The position numbers and the translations under genes are program-made. The notes under the pieces are model-generated. The model did no database searches. It saw nothing but the letters and a program-made list of their open reading frames with translations, and was not told where the DNA came from. Shown piece by piece: positions 31,601 to 38,402 of a DNA stretch of 64,000 nt (within the stretch, counting starts at the first letter, position 1; each line of letters begins with the position of its first letter). Source of the DNA: a virus; IMG/VR virus record IMGVR_UViG_3300032285_001268, positions 121,263-185,262 of that record; one strand, written 5' to 3'.

Positions 31601-34178
31601 AACTAGTGACGGATCATTAACACCACAAAGTTCTGATTTTGATACAGTATTAGATGGCGGAAATCTAGCGTATTCGACTGCAACTGGAGTACTAGCAGAT
31701 GATATTATTGTCGACGGCGACGGATTTGTAACCCCAACAACTAGTCCAGCTCCGGAGGAAGTGGTTCCTGGACAGGTAGTAGATACTCTAGCAATCAAAG
31801 TATTTGATCAACCAAGTACTGGTTCTGCAAATATAAAAATTGACAATTATATTGCTGACGGATCTACAAATTCTTATTTGGTAACACAGATCCCAAATAG
31901 TCCACAGGCTGTAATTGTTAAAATAAACAATAATATTTTAACTCAGGAAGTTGACTATACATTTGATTATAGAAATCAAACTATAAATCTTACAACAACT
32001 CCGGCAATCGATAGTTCAATAAGTATTTTCACCATAGGATATAATGGTTCAAATATTCTTGATATCGATCACTTTGTTGGTGACGGTGTAACTGCTGAAT
32101 TTATAACTAGAGCTCCGTGGTTATCTTCAATTACTTCTTTAGTTTACATTGATGGTATTTCTCAAAATGTTGAACTATTTAAAACTGACAGCACCTACAC
32201 AACACCTAATTTTGTTGGAATTAAATTCACGTCAGAGCCTGCCCGCGGAGCACTAATATCATTTATTATTGTGGCAGGTAATCAGCAGAGTTTTGCTATT
32301 ACAAAGAAAGAAAAAATAATACCAAACGGTAGTAGCTATACCTATACGCTGTCTTACCCGGTTGGAGATAATTTGCCTAACGAAACTAATATGATAGTTC
32401 GTGTAGATCAAAATATTCTTCAAGGTCCGATCAATAGCTATTTTAATATAAAAAATAACAAGTTATCTTATACGATCGACCCAACTAGATTCGTGCCGTA
32501 TTCTGTTTCTGTGAATGATATTAAGGTATTGGCTAACGGTATTGTTCTTACTCGAGGAAAAGATTATAGTGTTGACTTAGCTGGAATTACTGTAAAAATT
32601 AATAAAACAACTTATTCAATTTATAAAAATACAGAATTAATTATTGCTGTACAATCTTCTTCAGGGTATTCATATAATCCGACTACACGTGAAATTACTT
32701 TTAAACAGCAGTATAATCATAATCAAGTAATTGAAGTGATTTCATCTTACAAACATGATATCTTAGATATTCAGCGTACTGCTATTACCATAACATCTTC
32801 ATTGCAAATTACTCAGGATACAGTTGAATATTTTAATTATAAAGAAGTAACCAGCGGTATAATTCCACTAGACAGGCCGGTGATTAATGACAACTATGTG
32901 TGGGTACTTAAGAATAGTACACTTTTAGTTCCTGGTATAGATTATAAATTGAACGATGATTTTTCATCTGTTACACTAGCAATCTATCCTGATTTAAACG
33001 ATCAAATAACTTTAATTACATTTGGATCAAATGTAATTACTTCTGGTATTGCGTATATGCAGTTTAAAGATATGTTAAATCGAGTTATCTTTAAACGTTT
33101 AAGTGCAAGTAAGAGAACTAGATTACTAGCAGATTTAAACTACAACGACATTACAATCACAGTAGAAAATGCTAGCGGATTTGATCTACCAAACCCTGCA
33201 AAAAATAAACCTGGTATTATAATGATCAGGGGAGAACGTATCGAATATTTTTCAATTAACGGAAATGTATTAGGACAAATTCGCCGCGGTACATTAGGAA
33301 CTGGAATCCCGGTCAAGCATAATCGCGGTGCGATTGTTCAAGAGATTGGACCTAGTGAAACTATACCATATACTGAAAAATTAATTACTGAACAAATCCG
33401 ATCAACTGGTTCTAACACTATTTCTACAGGATTTGTTCCTGGAGGATTTGATACAACTTGGACTTACAAGGGTTCAAGCATGACAATCAGTGATGCAACA
33501 AACCTAGCATCTAGCGCGGTTGAAGTATTTGCAGGTGGATATAGCGCCAATGTAGAATGGACTCCGTTAACTTTCTTCTCAGCAGGAACTTTAATTTCAG
33601 TAGGCGAGTATACATATACTGTTTTAATTGACCATACTAGCGGATTGACTTTCTCTAGTAATGTTACTACATACAGCCCTGAAGGAACTGTACTGTCAGC
33701 TAGTGCGGCACCTTCCACAGTTTATCAATTCTTTATCGGTAATATACGATTAAAGAAACAATCATATGCTGTACACAATTTAAATGTTGCTCCTTATAGT
33801 CCCGAGGGAGACGTGACGCTACCAGCTGACTTTACGGTTGACGGTACAACACCAGCAGTACAATTAAATACAGTATTACCATATGGAACATTAGTTACTG
33901 TGGTGAAACGTGTTGGTGTTTCTTGGGACAGTAATTTAAACATACAACAAGATAGTGGAGAAATTGGAAGATTTTTACGTGCTACACCGGGTGTTTGGTA
34001 TGTAGACGAGAAACAACAACCGCTAGTTATAAAGTCTGTTTATACATTTGATAGTACAGAAATAACATGGGATAATACAAACATTCAATTTACCGTTGGA
34101 ACAGGTTCACTTGCATCATCGTTTGATAGCAGTGGCTCGTTTGACGCTAATGATATAACATTTGATCAAGGAATCTAA
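19677..34178 (+). CDS. Giant (4833 aa) baseplate/virion structural protein
   Basis: Single uninterrupted ORF coupled to gp6, in the gp7 position; CBM-like W..N..Y..G repeats, FG-GAP-like propeller strands, GxGY modules. Confidence 0.75.
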   Translation: MADSTNPNANNSIGSSLIPAFYRTDANKKFIQSTIDQLVNPGTVKKVNGFIGRQYSKATTGSDIFVEAADSLRQHYQLEPGLVVKDKLGNVTFFKDYIDYINQLNVFGANTSNHAKLNQQEFYSWDPHIDWDKFSNFQNYYWLPYGPETIKIQGQKQIVSSTYKVDLQIVGADSQYVFTPDGLTPNPLVKLYRGQTYTFVINSPGNPFSLMIERATGTGTRYVIGGIDAQGVEQGTIIFQVPVDAPSILFYQSETDINLGGAIEIFDITDETYIDVESEILGKLSYTFIDGTHLSNGMKVSFAGNVTPASYSSGEYYVEGVGSGIKLINKDVLEVVNSYSVPETILFDSANFDTEPFSDSSGFAKSADYITINRASQDHNPWTRYNRWFHIDVITASFNYNKIPVSIDQNARATRPIIEFEAGLKLYNFGTTATVDVDLIDNFTYDVFSTIEGSTGYNIDGVALTQNQKILFTGDPDTLVNGKIFQVNFLNIEGSIQIHLVEIASPVFGQTVLVKSGSKNLGLMYWYNGTAWIKTQQKNSVNQPPLFDVIDNTGTSFSDTTAYPGTTFVGTPIFSYKVDSTSSVIDTKLGFALTYKNINNIGDIVFNFDYATDEFQYKVNQGLVTKSVSLGFLSSRDYRGNIVFKNGWQISLATNVQAAIRVYKNSNLTNNFNIDIFDNLNDLNDLAVKIYIDGDFINPSNYKIVDGPVYKKVVLNSNITSSQILTIKAFASQPINSNGFYEIPLNLQNNPLNGVVTTFTLGEVSAHVKSIVENLSNFQGSFPGASNLRDLGNITPYATKFIQHSGPASLSIYHVANESNNIIKAIEKSRYDYSRFKKDFVASIEKLGVDADPKTQVDLVLQKLNANKSNKDSYYFSDMVPYGASIDTSHTVADYRIKSYPLTSVFSLDSLSNKSVLVYLNGTQLLNEIDYVFNNQGFVTIQDTVTMRNGDVLKTIEYDNTDGSMVPETPTKLGIWPKFQPKMFLDRTLVNPVEVIQGHDGSIIKAYGDYRDAVLLELEKRIFNNIKIKYDTSIWDIADVIPTFKRQLPYSLENFNQALAPSFYSWASQSGFDIGRPVSFDNNNSFTYNYRGYSSLTDGNVPGYWRGVYRWMYDTDRPNICPWEMLGFSIEPSWWQSLYGPAPYTSDNIVMWTDISTGTVRTPGSTPTVNSKYIKPFLLNHLPVDESGNLVSPIFSGVVRGLISQKVATNFVFGDVGPVESTWRRSSHYPFSVLLASILLTPAKTFGLLFDRSRIARDMSGQLVYTDTGLRISPDSLSLPSVITSDTRVSTAGIVNYLVNYISGTTSEFYNEYKYNLQHLSAQLSYRVGAFTGKEKFNLLLNSKSPSNTGNIFIPQEDYDIILNSSSPIQKLTYSGIVISKLTDGFEVKGYSQTKPYFISYPWSVSGNLVNVGGISESFQTWNTNSQYQKGDVVLYGNSYYRVLQTISSGLVFESQNYSKMASLPIIGGANAYFRKMFNKNVQTTVPYGTKFTTIQDVVDFILGYGEYLKDQGFIFDDFNSGLSAVANWETSAREFMFWSIQNWSTGQDKWADWQPNTSYPFGSILRINGEYYKAIRTVPAVASFPYDDFVHLDGLSTIGSSAISLSPSANKISFTTKNAVVDSITNGFNQYEIYKVDATALSPNFINFYRQDNSVSYGSRTSDGIYGASFYLVQKEHVVILNNTTRFNDIIYSPETGYKQDKIKVSSYVSSDWTGGLNIPGFIFDEAAVENWLPYKIYYPGDLVKQGQYYFQANPMGSFVPASATLDTKQWQQLKTKPSSKLIPNWTYKAGQFTDFYNLNSDNFDVAQQRVAQHLIGYQKRQYLENIIQNDVSEFKFYQGMIREKGTQNVLNKLFDVLSSENKESLKFYEEWALRVGQYGASGSFENIEFVLDEALFKNNPQGFELVNSVDSTKYDFIIRQTPNDVYVKPLGYTSKPFPIATNYTPILRSAGYVRSSDVFKTLTTIDDIVYEDITQYTNGSYVWCTFEKSEWNIYRFTDVNLIVTDVTYDDTIKTLTIVTRDLVTLTAGTYIGISQVTGFPGFYKITSVSLNNIIIKTEVPGFLSPFLQQDTITIYALLTQRASSVDNIDSIVPRKLKENELLWTDDDGSGKWAVWKYNSVFAKKEIPNTSPAYLLSYGRSIAIRKDGYTVATSTNDGIVITYDKSSVAQPWIQRQTIQKPYVEPYNFNYTKDFATVIAFSTDGSWLATGSPNVGQVYTRLSTHNAGLWDSAYDAYTTGTIVYVLDSSHNRVYYEAISTLAVPVSTPVNNILYWREKSYVAIDYQGHTSGITLQGVVSLYQRDANNNYILVDTIVSPYPAQGELFGSSLVFGQSTLFIGAPGYNGGVGRVYEISYLTKLRATSSYNPVGSSGTTIVLTSTAGISSGMIAQGTGLTDNQTVIEVLADGKTLKLSGIPNATPSGNINFVTVGWSYVLSNTKTGRISSRNFGTNVSLSTDESKLAISSTTLTVDNLSLGTVDIYSGSINQVITGNDSSFGQSISLSSDGAYLIITDSRATETKTNQGAVYIYRYDPTTSNYGSYVGTLFVAGTPSQELINHQPEVSGYFGNTVSFMDDDNIAVFSLNESTVLPMTFDSKATTFDKDSTAFVTIHSGSGRIDIYTRYVSNWVYSETLDSDNVAGDGYGTGIAVSGNHVFVGAPSAYDVLSRVSPQAIQVGNRYQIVSLGTTDWNTVAGTTRVRQTYSVGDTFIAVATGSGNGIVSLLTRSGKIYSYDKKPNSQSWNIIHRQIDVPDVTKIKKAFLYNRNTNQLVTYIDVVDPLQGKIPGIAEEEIKYKAFYDPAIYSQGDSLVVTVDSTISWGSEHVGQLWWDLRTAKFINIFEDDVVYRNSNYSTLAHGASIDIYEWVSSSLLPEAWDALADTTPGLAQGISGQSLYGNSSYSISQRYDTISQSFKNTYYFWVKNKTIVPNISGRNISAGEVSSVIANPRGQGYKFVGLTSSNSFSIVNAKNLLAGTDIVLSLEYWLTEKTNQNVHSEWKIISEDPTTELPIAIEQKWFDSLCGKDTNGRQVPDVSLPVKLRYGIENRPRQGMFVNRFEALKQVIEQANLLLINRQIVNSRDITDLESFDPIPSTVTGSYDLTKDTDAELIFANTGAFKRPSLSPQIVNGRIVGVTINQGGQGYLVAPFIEFIGTGEGASARATLSSTGKIIGVTILSQGIGYTDSTTCSIRDYSVLVLSDSQADGSWSIYSYDPDYDVWSRTKSKTYDVTKYWSKVDWFDTGYNQFIAPDYLINTFAELNSIDPSIGQLVKVKYAGNGWEVLYRYAIVDSNDWTTNYQVVAQENGTIQFNSSLYNFSNTGIGYDASTYDGVTFDTVASLELRIILTAFRNKIFIGELKSSYLNLFFTSIRYVLSEQNYVDWIFKSSFVKAQHNVGQLNQPVNYLPDNLSNFQDYVNEVKPYRTVVREYVSSYDAVDNTQTAISDFDLPPAYEQGSNRSVLPYIVNDAIVADDTNINVVPWKNWLDNIGFEVLELQLVSGGSGYITQPAVKIISSSGTGASGIAFVTNGSVSRVILLTSGSGYLSAPTVIIDGGLQDGGTPARAVAYIGNAVVRTNLINIKFDRLNYSYTVADLAKTETLAGDGVHVQFNLIWAPDVRVGNTTVTINDVIILRDFYKLSFKKSTAKGYTTYSGLLTFNLPSGLPPAKGDKIVITYLKDWNMLSAADRIQFYYNPEVGDIGKDIKQLMTGIDYGGVNVNSFNFDVSSGWGTLPYYSDKWDTFSGQFNDYVITVPANTHTFNLQYAPPAGTLLNVYYTAAIVDTHNSDGSQTVFTYSFSKVYSDVTPTITVAISHTTATPTTTTNHSGQYYLKLTSVSGIKVGDVVTSVSSYTDAFAYNVKVKEINVSTNIVLLDQILYLTIPVSTAITFTRTLAIPTDAYVYGDGKFSLTEPAPAGSVITIIGRSGTIRLDDPDYGTQGQVNQDAIFNTPVADGTSAVFVIPPDFTVNDGDTFTWRSSTSDGSLTPQSSDFDTVLDGGNLAYSTATGVLADDIIVDGDGFVTPTTSPAPEEVVPGQVVDTLAIKVFDQPSTGSANIKIDNYIADGSTNSYLVTQIPNSPQAVIVKINNNILTQEVDYTFDYRNQTINLTTTPAIDSSISIFTIGYNGSNILDIDHFVGDGVTAEFITRAPWLSSITSLVYIDGISQNVELFKTDSTYTTPNFVGIKFTSEPARGALISFIIVAGNQQSFAITKKEKIIPNGSSYTYTLSYPVGDNLPNETNMIVRVDQNILQGPINSYFNIKNNKLSYTIDPTRFVPYSVSVNDIKVLANGIVLTRGKDYSVDLAGITVKINKTTYSIYKNTELIIAVQSSSGYSYNPTTREITFKQQYNHNQVIEVISSYKHDILDIQRTAITITSSLQITQDTVEYFNYKEVTSGIIPLDRPVINDNYVWVLKNSTLLVPGIDYKLNDDFSSVTLAIYPDLNDQITLITFGSNVITSGIAYMQFKDMLNRVIFKRLSASKRTRLLADLNYNDITITVENASGFDLPNPAKNKPGIIMIRGERIEYFSINGNVLGQIRRGTLGTGIPVKHNRGAIVQEIGPSETIPYTEKLITEQIRSTGSNTISTGFVPGGFDTTWTYKGSSMTISDATNLASSAVEVFAGGYSANVEWTPLTFFSAGTLISVGEYTYTVLIDHTSGLTFSSNVTTYSPEGTVLSASAAPSTVYQFFIGNIRLKKQSYAVHNLNVAPYSPEGDVTLPADFTVDGTTPAVQLNTVLPYGTLVTVVKRVGVSWDSNLNIQQDSGEIGRFLRATPGVWYVDEKQQPLVIKSVYTFDSTEITWDNTNIQFTVGTGSLASSFDSSGSFDANDITFDQGI

Positions 34179-34179
34179 G

Positions 34180-36741
34180 ATGTCGCAACAATTAATTAAT
34201 ACTGGAATTAGGACGAACGATGGTACCGGTGACCCGTTACGAACCGGTGGCCAAAAAATCAACGACAATTTTACAGAATTGTATGCGAATCAAATTCCTT
34301 CGCAAACAAGTAATTCTGGTAAAGTATTATCAACAGATGGTACTAATTTATTGTGGATTTATACTTCAGGTGCGTATGTATTGCCCAAAGCAACAACATC
34401 AACATTGGGCGGCGTTAAAGTTGACGGTGTAACTATCAACATTGACAATAACGGAGTTATTAGAGCTTCGGGCGCAAATTCATACAATCTTCCAGTAGCA
34501 TCAACTACTACGCTCGGTGGTGTTATTGTTGACGGAACAACTATAAGGATTGTCAACGGAACGATCAGTATTGTACCTATTGCAAACATTACAGGAAATG
34601 CGGCCACTGTAACCAACGGAGTCTACACTACTGGATCTTATATCAATCCGGGATGGATTACTAGTTTAGCATCATCTAAAATATCCGGTTTGTCGACAGT
34701 ATCGACTAGTGGAAGTTATAATGACTTGTTGGATAAACCGGTTATTCCACCATCATATGTTCTCCCTACTTCTAGTACAACAACGTTAGGCGGAGTTAAA
34801 GTCGACGGTTCGACCATTACAATTAACAACGGAGTTATTAGTTCTAATCAGGCAACTGTGGGTGCTAATGCGCTTACTGGTACTACGTTGGCAGCTAACG
34901 TTATTAACAGTAGTTTAACTAGTGTTGGAACGCTGGCAAACTTAACGGTATTAAATCCAATCAATGGTAGCGTTACTGGAAATGCAGGAACAGTAACCAA
35001 CGGAGTTTACACAACAGGTGTTTATTCTGATCCAAGTTGGATTACCAGTTTAGCCTACAGCAAAATAACCGGCGCTCCGGGAACTTATACACTACCCCAA
35101 GCTACATCATCAGTCCTTGGTGGTGTAAAAGTTGATGGCACAAGTATTAGTATTAATGCCATTACTGGACAAATTAGTGCGATTGGATATTCATTACCAA
35201 CAGCATCTACCAGCACACTGGGAGGTGTTAAAGTTGACGGCGCTAGTATTACGATAGCCAACAGCACTATACAGGCAAATGCAGGAAGTTTGTTAGGATC
35301 TTCGCTGAGTGGTTCGATAGTCGGAAGTAGTTTAACAACTGTTGGAACATTAACTAGCGGTGCTATTGGTGTCGGATTTACACCAATCCCAAATACCGCA
35401 CTGGCTAGCAGTACGTTCACAATCAACAGTACAATTATAGCTTTAGGTGGTTCGGGATCAATCACAGCACCGAATCCAAACGCACTAGCATTTGGAACAG
35501 GCTTAACTGGTAGTGCAGGATCTTCTTATCAAGGTGGCACATCTAATACATTGTCGATAGATACCGGTGTTGTTGCTACATTAAGTACTGCACAGACCTT
35601 GACTAATAAGTCGATGAGCGGAAGTAGTAATACCTTTACCAACATTCCAAATGCGGCCTTGGCCAATGCCAGCGTTACCATTAATGGATCTACAGTTTCA
35701 CTAGGTGGTTCAATAACAATTTCAACAGCTACTTCTTCAACATTGACAATTGGTACAGGATTAACAGGAACGTCATTTAACGGAGCCACTCCAGTAACTA
35801 TTGCTGTTGATACCGCAGTAACAGCAACGTTAGCTGGAATTCAAACTTTAACAAATAAAACGATCAATGGTTCAAATAATACTATATCGAACATTGCAAA
35901 CTCTAGTCTCCAGAACAGTTCTGTTACAATTAATGGCACTGTAATTAACTTGGGAGCTAGTGGAACAGTTACAGCGGCCGCAAGTTCGTTGACTGGTAAT
36001 ATTTTAAATGCCACAGTAACATCAAGTAGTTTAACCAGCGTAGGCACACTAACTAGTGGTGCGATTGGATCAGGATTCAGTGCTATTGGTAATTCTTCGT
36101 TGGCAAACAGTAGTGTTACAATTAATGGAACAAGTGTAAGCCTAGGCGGTAGTGTAACAGTATCAGCGGCAGCTGGAACACTAACAGGCGCTACACTAAA
36201 TGCATCAGTAGTTGGTAGTAGTCTAACTAGTGTTGGCACTATTGCATCGGGAACTTGGCAGGGAACACCAATTGCTAATAACTATATTGCCAATAACTCA
36301 ATTACTATTAACGGAACAGTAGTAGCTCTAGGCGGATCAACTACAGTTACTGGTAGTGCATTATCTAGTAGACTAACAGTTGCAACTACTACTGCGAGCC
36401 TAGCCTATCAAGCCAGCGCCACAGCCACAGTCGCAGCCGCTAAGGGATATGCGTTATATAGTATTCAAGTCAGTGCCGGAGCGTGGGTAACAGTATATAC
36501 AAGTTCAACTGCACAGAGTAATGACAGCAGTAGAAGTATTACAACTGACCCAACTCCGGGTAGCGGAGTAGTTGCAGAAACAATCACAACAACAGCAACA
36601 ACTACATCATTTACTCCGGCTATTATTGGATTTAATGCAGACGGAACTCCGGGCACAAACATGTATTTGAAAATTTATAATAATAGTGGTTCTACAAGTG
36701 CTATTACAGTTACAATCACATATCTCAAGTTAGAAATTTAA
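34180..36741 (+). CDS. Tail fibre-like protein with gp9/gp10-type N-terminus
   Basis: INTG..TNDGTGDPLRTGGQKINDNFTELY; repeats LPxAxxxxLGGVKVDG and SSLTSVGTL; start ATG 34180 after AAGGA. Confidence 0.75.
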   Translation: MSQQLINTGIRTNDGTGDPLRTGGQKINDNFTELYANQIPSQTSNSGKVLSTDGTNLLWIYTSGAYVLPKATTSTLGGVKVDGVTINIDNNGVIRASGANSYNLPVASTTTLGGVIVDGTTIRIVNGTISIVPIANITGNAATVTNGVYTTGSYINPGWITSLASSKISGLSTVSTSGSYNDLLDKPVIPPSYVLPTSSTTTLGGVKVDGSTITINNGVISSNQATVGANALTGTTLAANVINSSLTSVGTLANLTVLNPINGSVTGNAGTVTNGVYTTGVYSDPSWITSLAYSKITGAPGTYTLPQATSSVLGGVKVDGTSISINAITGQISAIGYSLPTASTSTLGGVKVDGASITIANSTIQANAGSLLGSSLSGSIVGSSLTTVGTLTSGAIGVGFTPIPNTALASSTFTINSTIIALGGSGSITAPNPNALAFGTGLTGSAGSSYQGGTSNTLSIDTGVVATLSTAQTLTNKSMSGSSNTFTNIPNAALANASVTINGSTVSLGGSITISTATSSTLTIGTGLTGTSFNGATPVTIAVDTAVTATLAGIQTLTNKTINGSNNTISNIANSSLQNSSVTINGTVINLGASGTVTAAASSLTGNILNATVTSSSLTSVGTLTSGAIGSGFSAIGNSSLANSSVTINGTSVSLGGSVTVSAAAGTLTGATLNASVVGSSLTSVGTIASGTWQGTPIANNYIANNSITINGTVVALGGSTTVTGSALSSRLTVATTTASLAYQASATATVAAAKGYALYSIQVSAGAWVTVYTSSTAQSNDSSRSITTDPTPGSGVVAETITTTATTTSFTPAIIGFNADGTPGTNMYLKIYNNSGSTSAITVTITYLKLEI
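34380..35240 (+). repeat. Five degenerate coding repeats LPxA/TxxxxLGGV(K/I)VDG
   Basis: Visible in the translation and as gg.gg.gt.aaagt.ga.gg in the DNA; coordinates approximate. Confidence 0.8.
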
Positions 36742-36742
36742 T

Positions 36743-38341
36743 ATGACCACAGTTGCTAAAAACATTAACGATGAAATACTAATCAGCATATATCTCAAAC
36801 GAGATAAGCATGAGAATGGTATGACCTTGCAACAGTATGCTGACGGTGTTCTTGCCGGCACTCAGCCGATACTAGGACACGCAGAATTTGTTTATCAATT
36901 TGGCGCAACTGATGATGATTTAGATAACGTTGTTGCCTGGGCTGAACGAAACGGATTAACTGTTTCCGAATCGCACCACGGACAATCAGTTGTTAAAGTT
37001 ACTGGAACAGTTGGCACGTTTAATAATCTTTTTAATATTACTCTTCAAGATGTCACAGACGGTGAAAGAACCTATATGATGCCGGACGGTGACATAACTA
37101 TTCCTAGTGAAATAGCTGATGTAGTTGAATCAGTTCCCGGTTTTGATCAAAGTTTTCTTGCAGTAAAACATGCGGTAAAATTCGAACCCCAGTCAGTTGA
37201 TCCAAATGTTGTAAATCCTTTTCTAAGTGCAGTAACACCGATACAAATGGCCACTGCTTACAAGGTCCCAGCGGGCGATGGGAACGGTGGATGCATTGGT
37301 ATTTTTGAATTAACCTATAGTGGATATGTAACCGGGTATAGTACATCAGACGTGACAAGTAGTTTTACTCGTATAGGGTTAACTCCGCCTACTATTGTTC
37401 AGGTAAACGTAGACGGAGCTACAGCTAGTACAACAAGCGATGCTGAAAGCATGCTAGATATTTACTGTTCAGCAGGAATGGCGCCAAAAGCTAAGATTGC
37501 TTACTACACAGCACCGAACACTGGTAATCAATCTATCATCGATAATATATTGGCTGCTGCCAACGATACCACAAATAATCCTAGTGCCCTTGACATTAGT
37601 TGGGGAATAGGTGACGGTATACAATTTGACACAGCCTTGCAAGCCTGTGTGGCAAAGGGTATAACAGTATTTGTTAGCTCGGGTGATAGCGGAGCAGTTA
37701 ATTTAAGTATGGCGGCAACTTGCTGTAGTCAGTATATGGTTTCAGCCGGTGGCACAAGCATAAGTCTCGACGGCAGTAATAATATTACTAGTGAAGTAGC
37801 ATGGTCCGGCTCTGGAGGCGGCATTAGTAGTTCTGTAGCGTTGCCCACTTGGCAGTCCACCAGCTCTTATACAACAAAAACATCAGCAGGCGTACTAGGA
37901 ACTGCAACGTCTCTTCCAAGGAGAGGAGTTCCTGATATTAGCGCACCTGCTGATCCAAACTCTGGATTTGCATTTTATGTAAGTGGCTCTCTCCAGCAAT
38001 GGGGAGGTACTAGTGCGTCAGCACCGTTGCTAGCCGGATTATGGGTTAGACTAAACACCTTGTTAGGTACAAGGATACCATTTAATATGACTACTTGGTA
38101 TACTAATAGAACAACAATGTTTAATGATATTACCAGCGGCGATAATGTGCTTTCTGCAAACGGATATACTAATGGTTATACTACTACATCTGGTTGGGAC
38201 GCAGTTACCGGATTAGGATCACCCAAAGCTGATCAAATTTACAAATATTTTCATACAGGAACAACGTTTCCTAAATTAAATTATGGCGCAAGACCAGCAA
38301 CGGGGGTAGCGTATCCTCGAAGAACTACTGGTGCTAGATAA
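36743..38341 (+). CDS. S53 family (sedolisin/kumamolisin-like) serine protease with pro-domain
   Basis: Pro-domain, then AESMLDI (Glu/Asp), ISWG, SSGDSG (oxyanion Asp), GGTSASAP (Ser), GWDAVTGLGSP Ca site; no signal peptide. Confidence 0.9.
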   Translation: MTTVAKNINDEILISIYLKRDKHENGMTLQQYADGVLAGTQPILGHAEFVYQFGATDDDLDNVVAWAERNGLTVSESHHGQSVVKVTGTVGTFNNLFNITLQDVTDGERTYMMPDGDITIPSEIADVVESVPGFDQSFLAVKHAVKFEPQSVDPNVVNPFLSAVTPIQMATAYKVPAGDGNGGCIGIFELTYSGYVTGYSTSDVTSSFTRIGLTPPTIVQVNVDGATASTTSDAESMLDIYCSAGMAPKAKIAYYTAPNTGNQSIIDNILAAANDTTNNPSALDISWGIGDGIQFDTALQACVAKGITVFVSSGDSGAVNLSMAATCCSQYMVSAGGTSISLDGSNNITSEVAWSGSGGGISSSVALPTWQSTSSYTTKTSAGVLGTATSLPRRGVPDISAPADPNSGFAFYVSGSLQQWGGTSASAPLLAGLWVRLNTLLGTRIPFNMTTWYTNRTTMFNDITSGDNVLSANGYTNGYTTTSGWDAVTGLGSPKADQIYKYFHTGTTFPKLNYGARPATGVAYPRRTTGAR

Positions 38342-38402
38342 TTAAAATGCCAAAAAATAAAAGGTTAAATACGCAGTTAGATAAAAATTAAGGAATAGGA
38401 CA

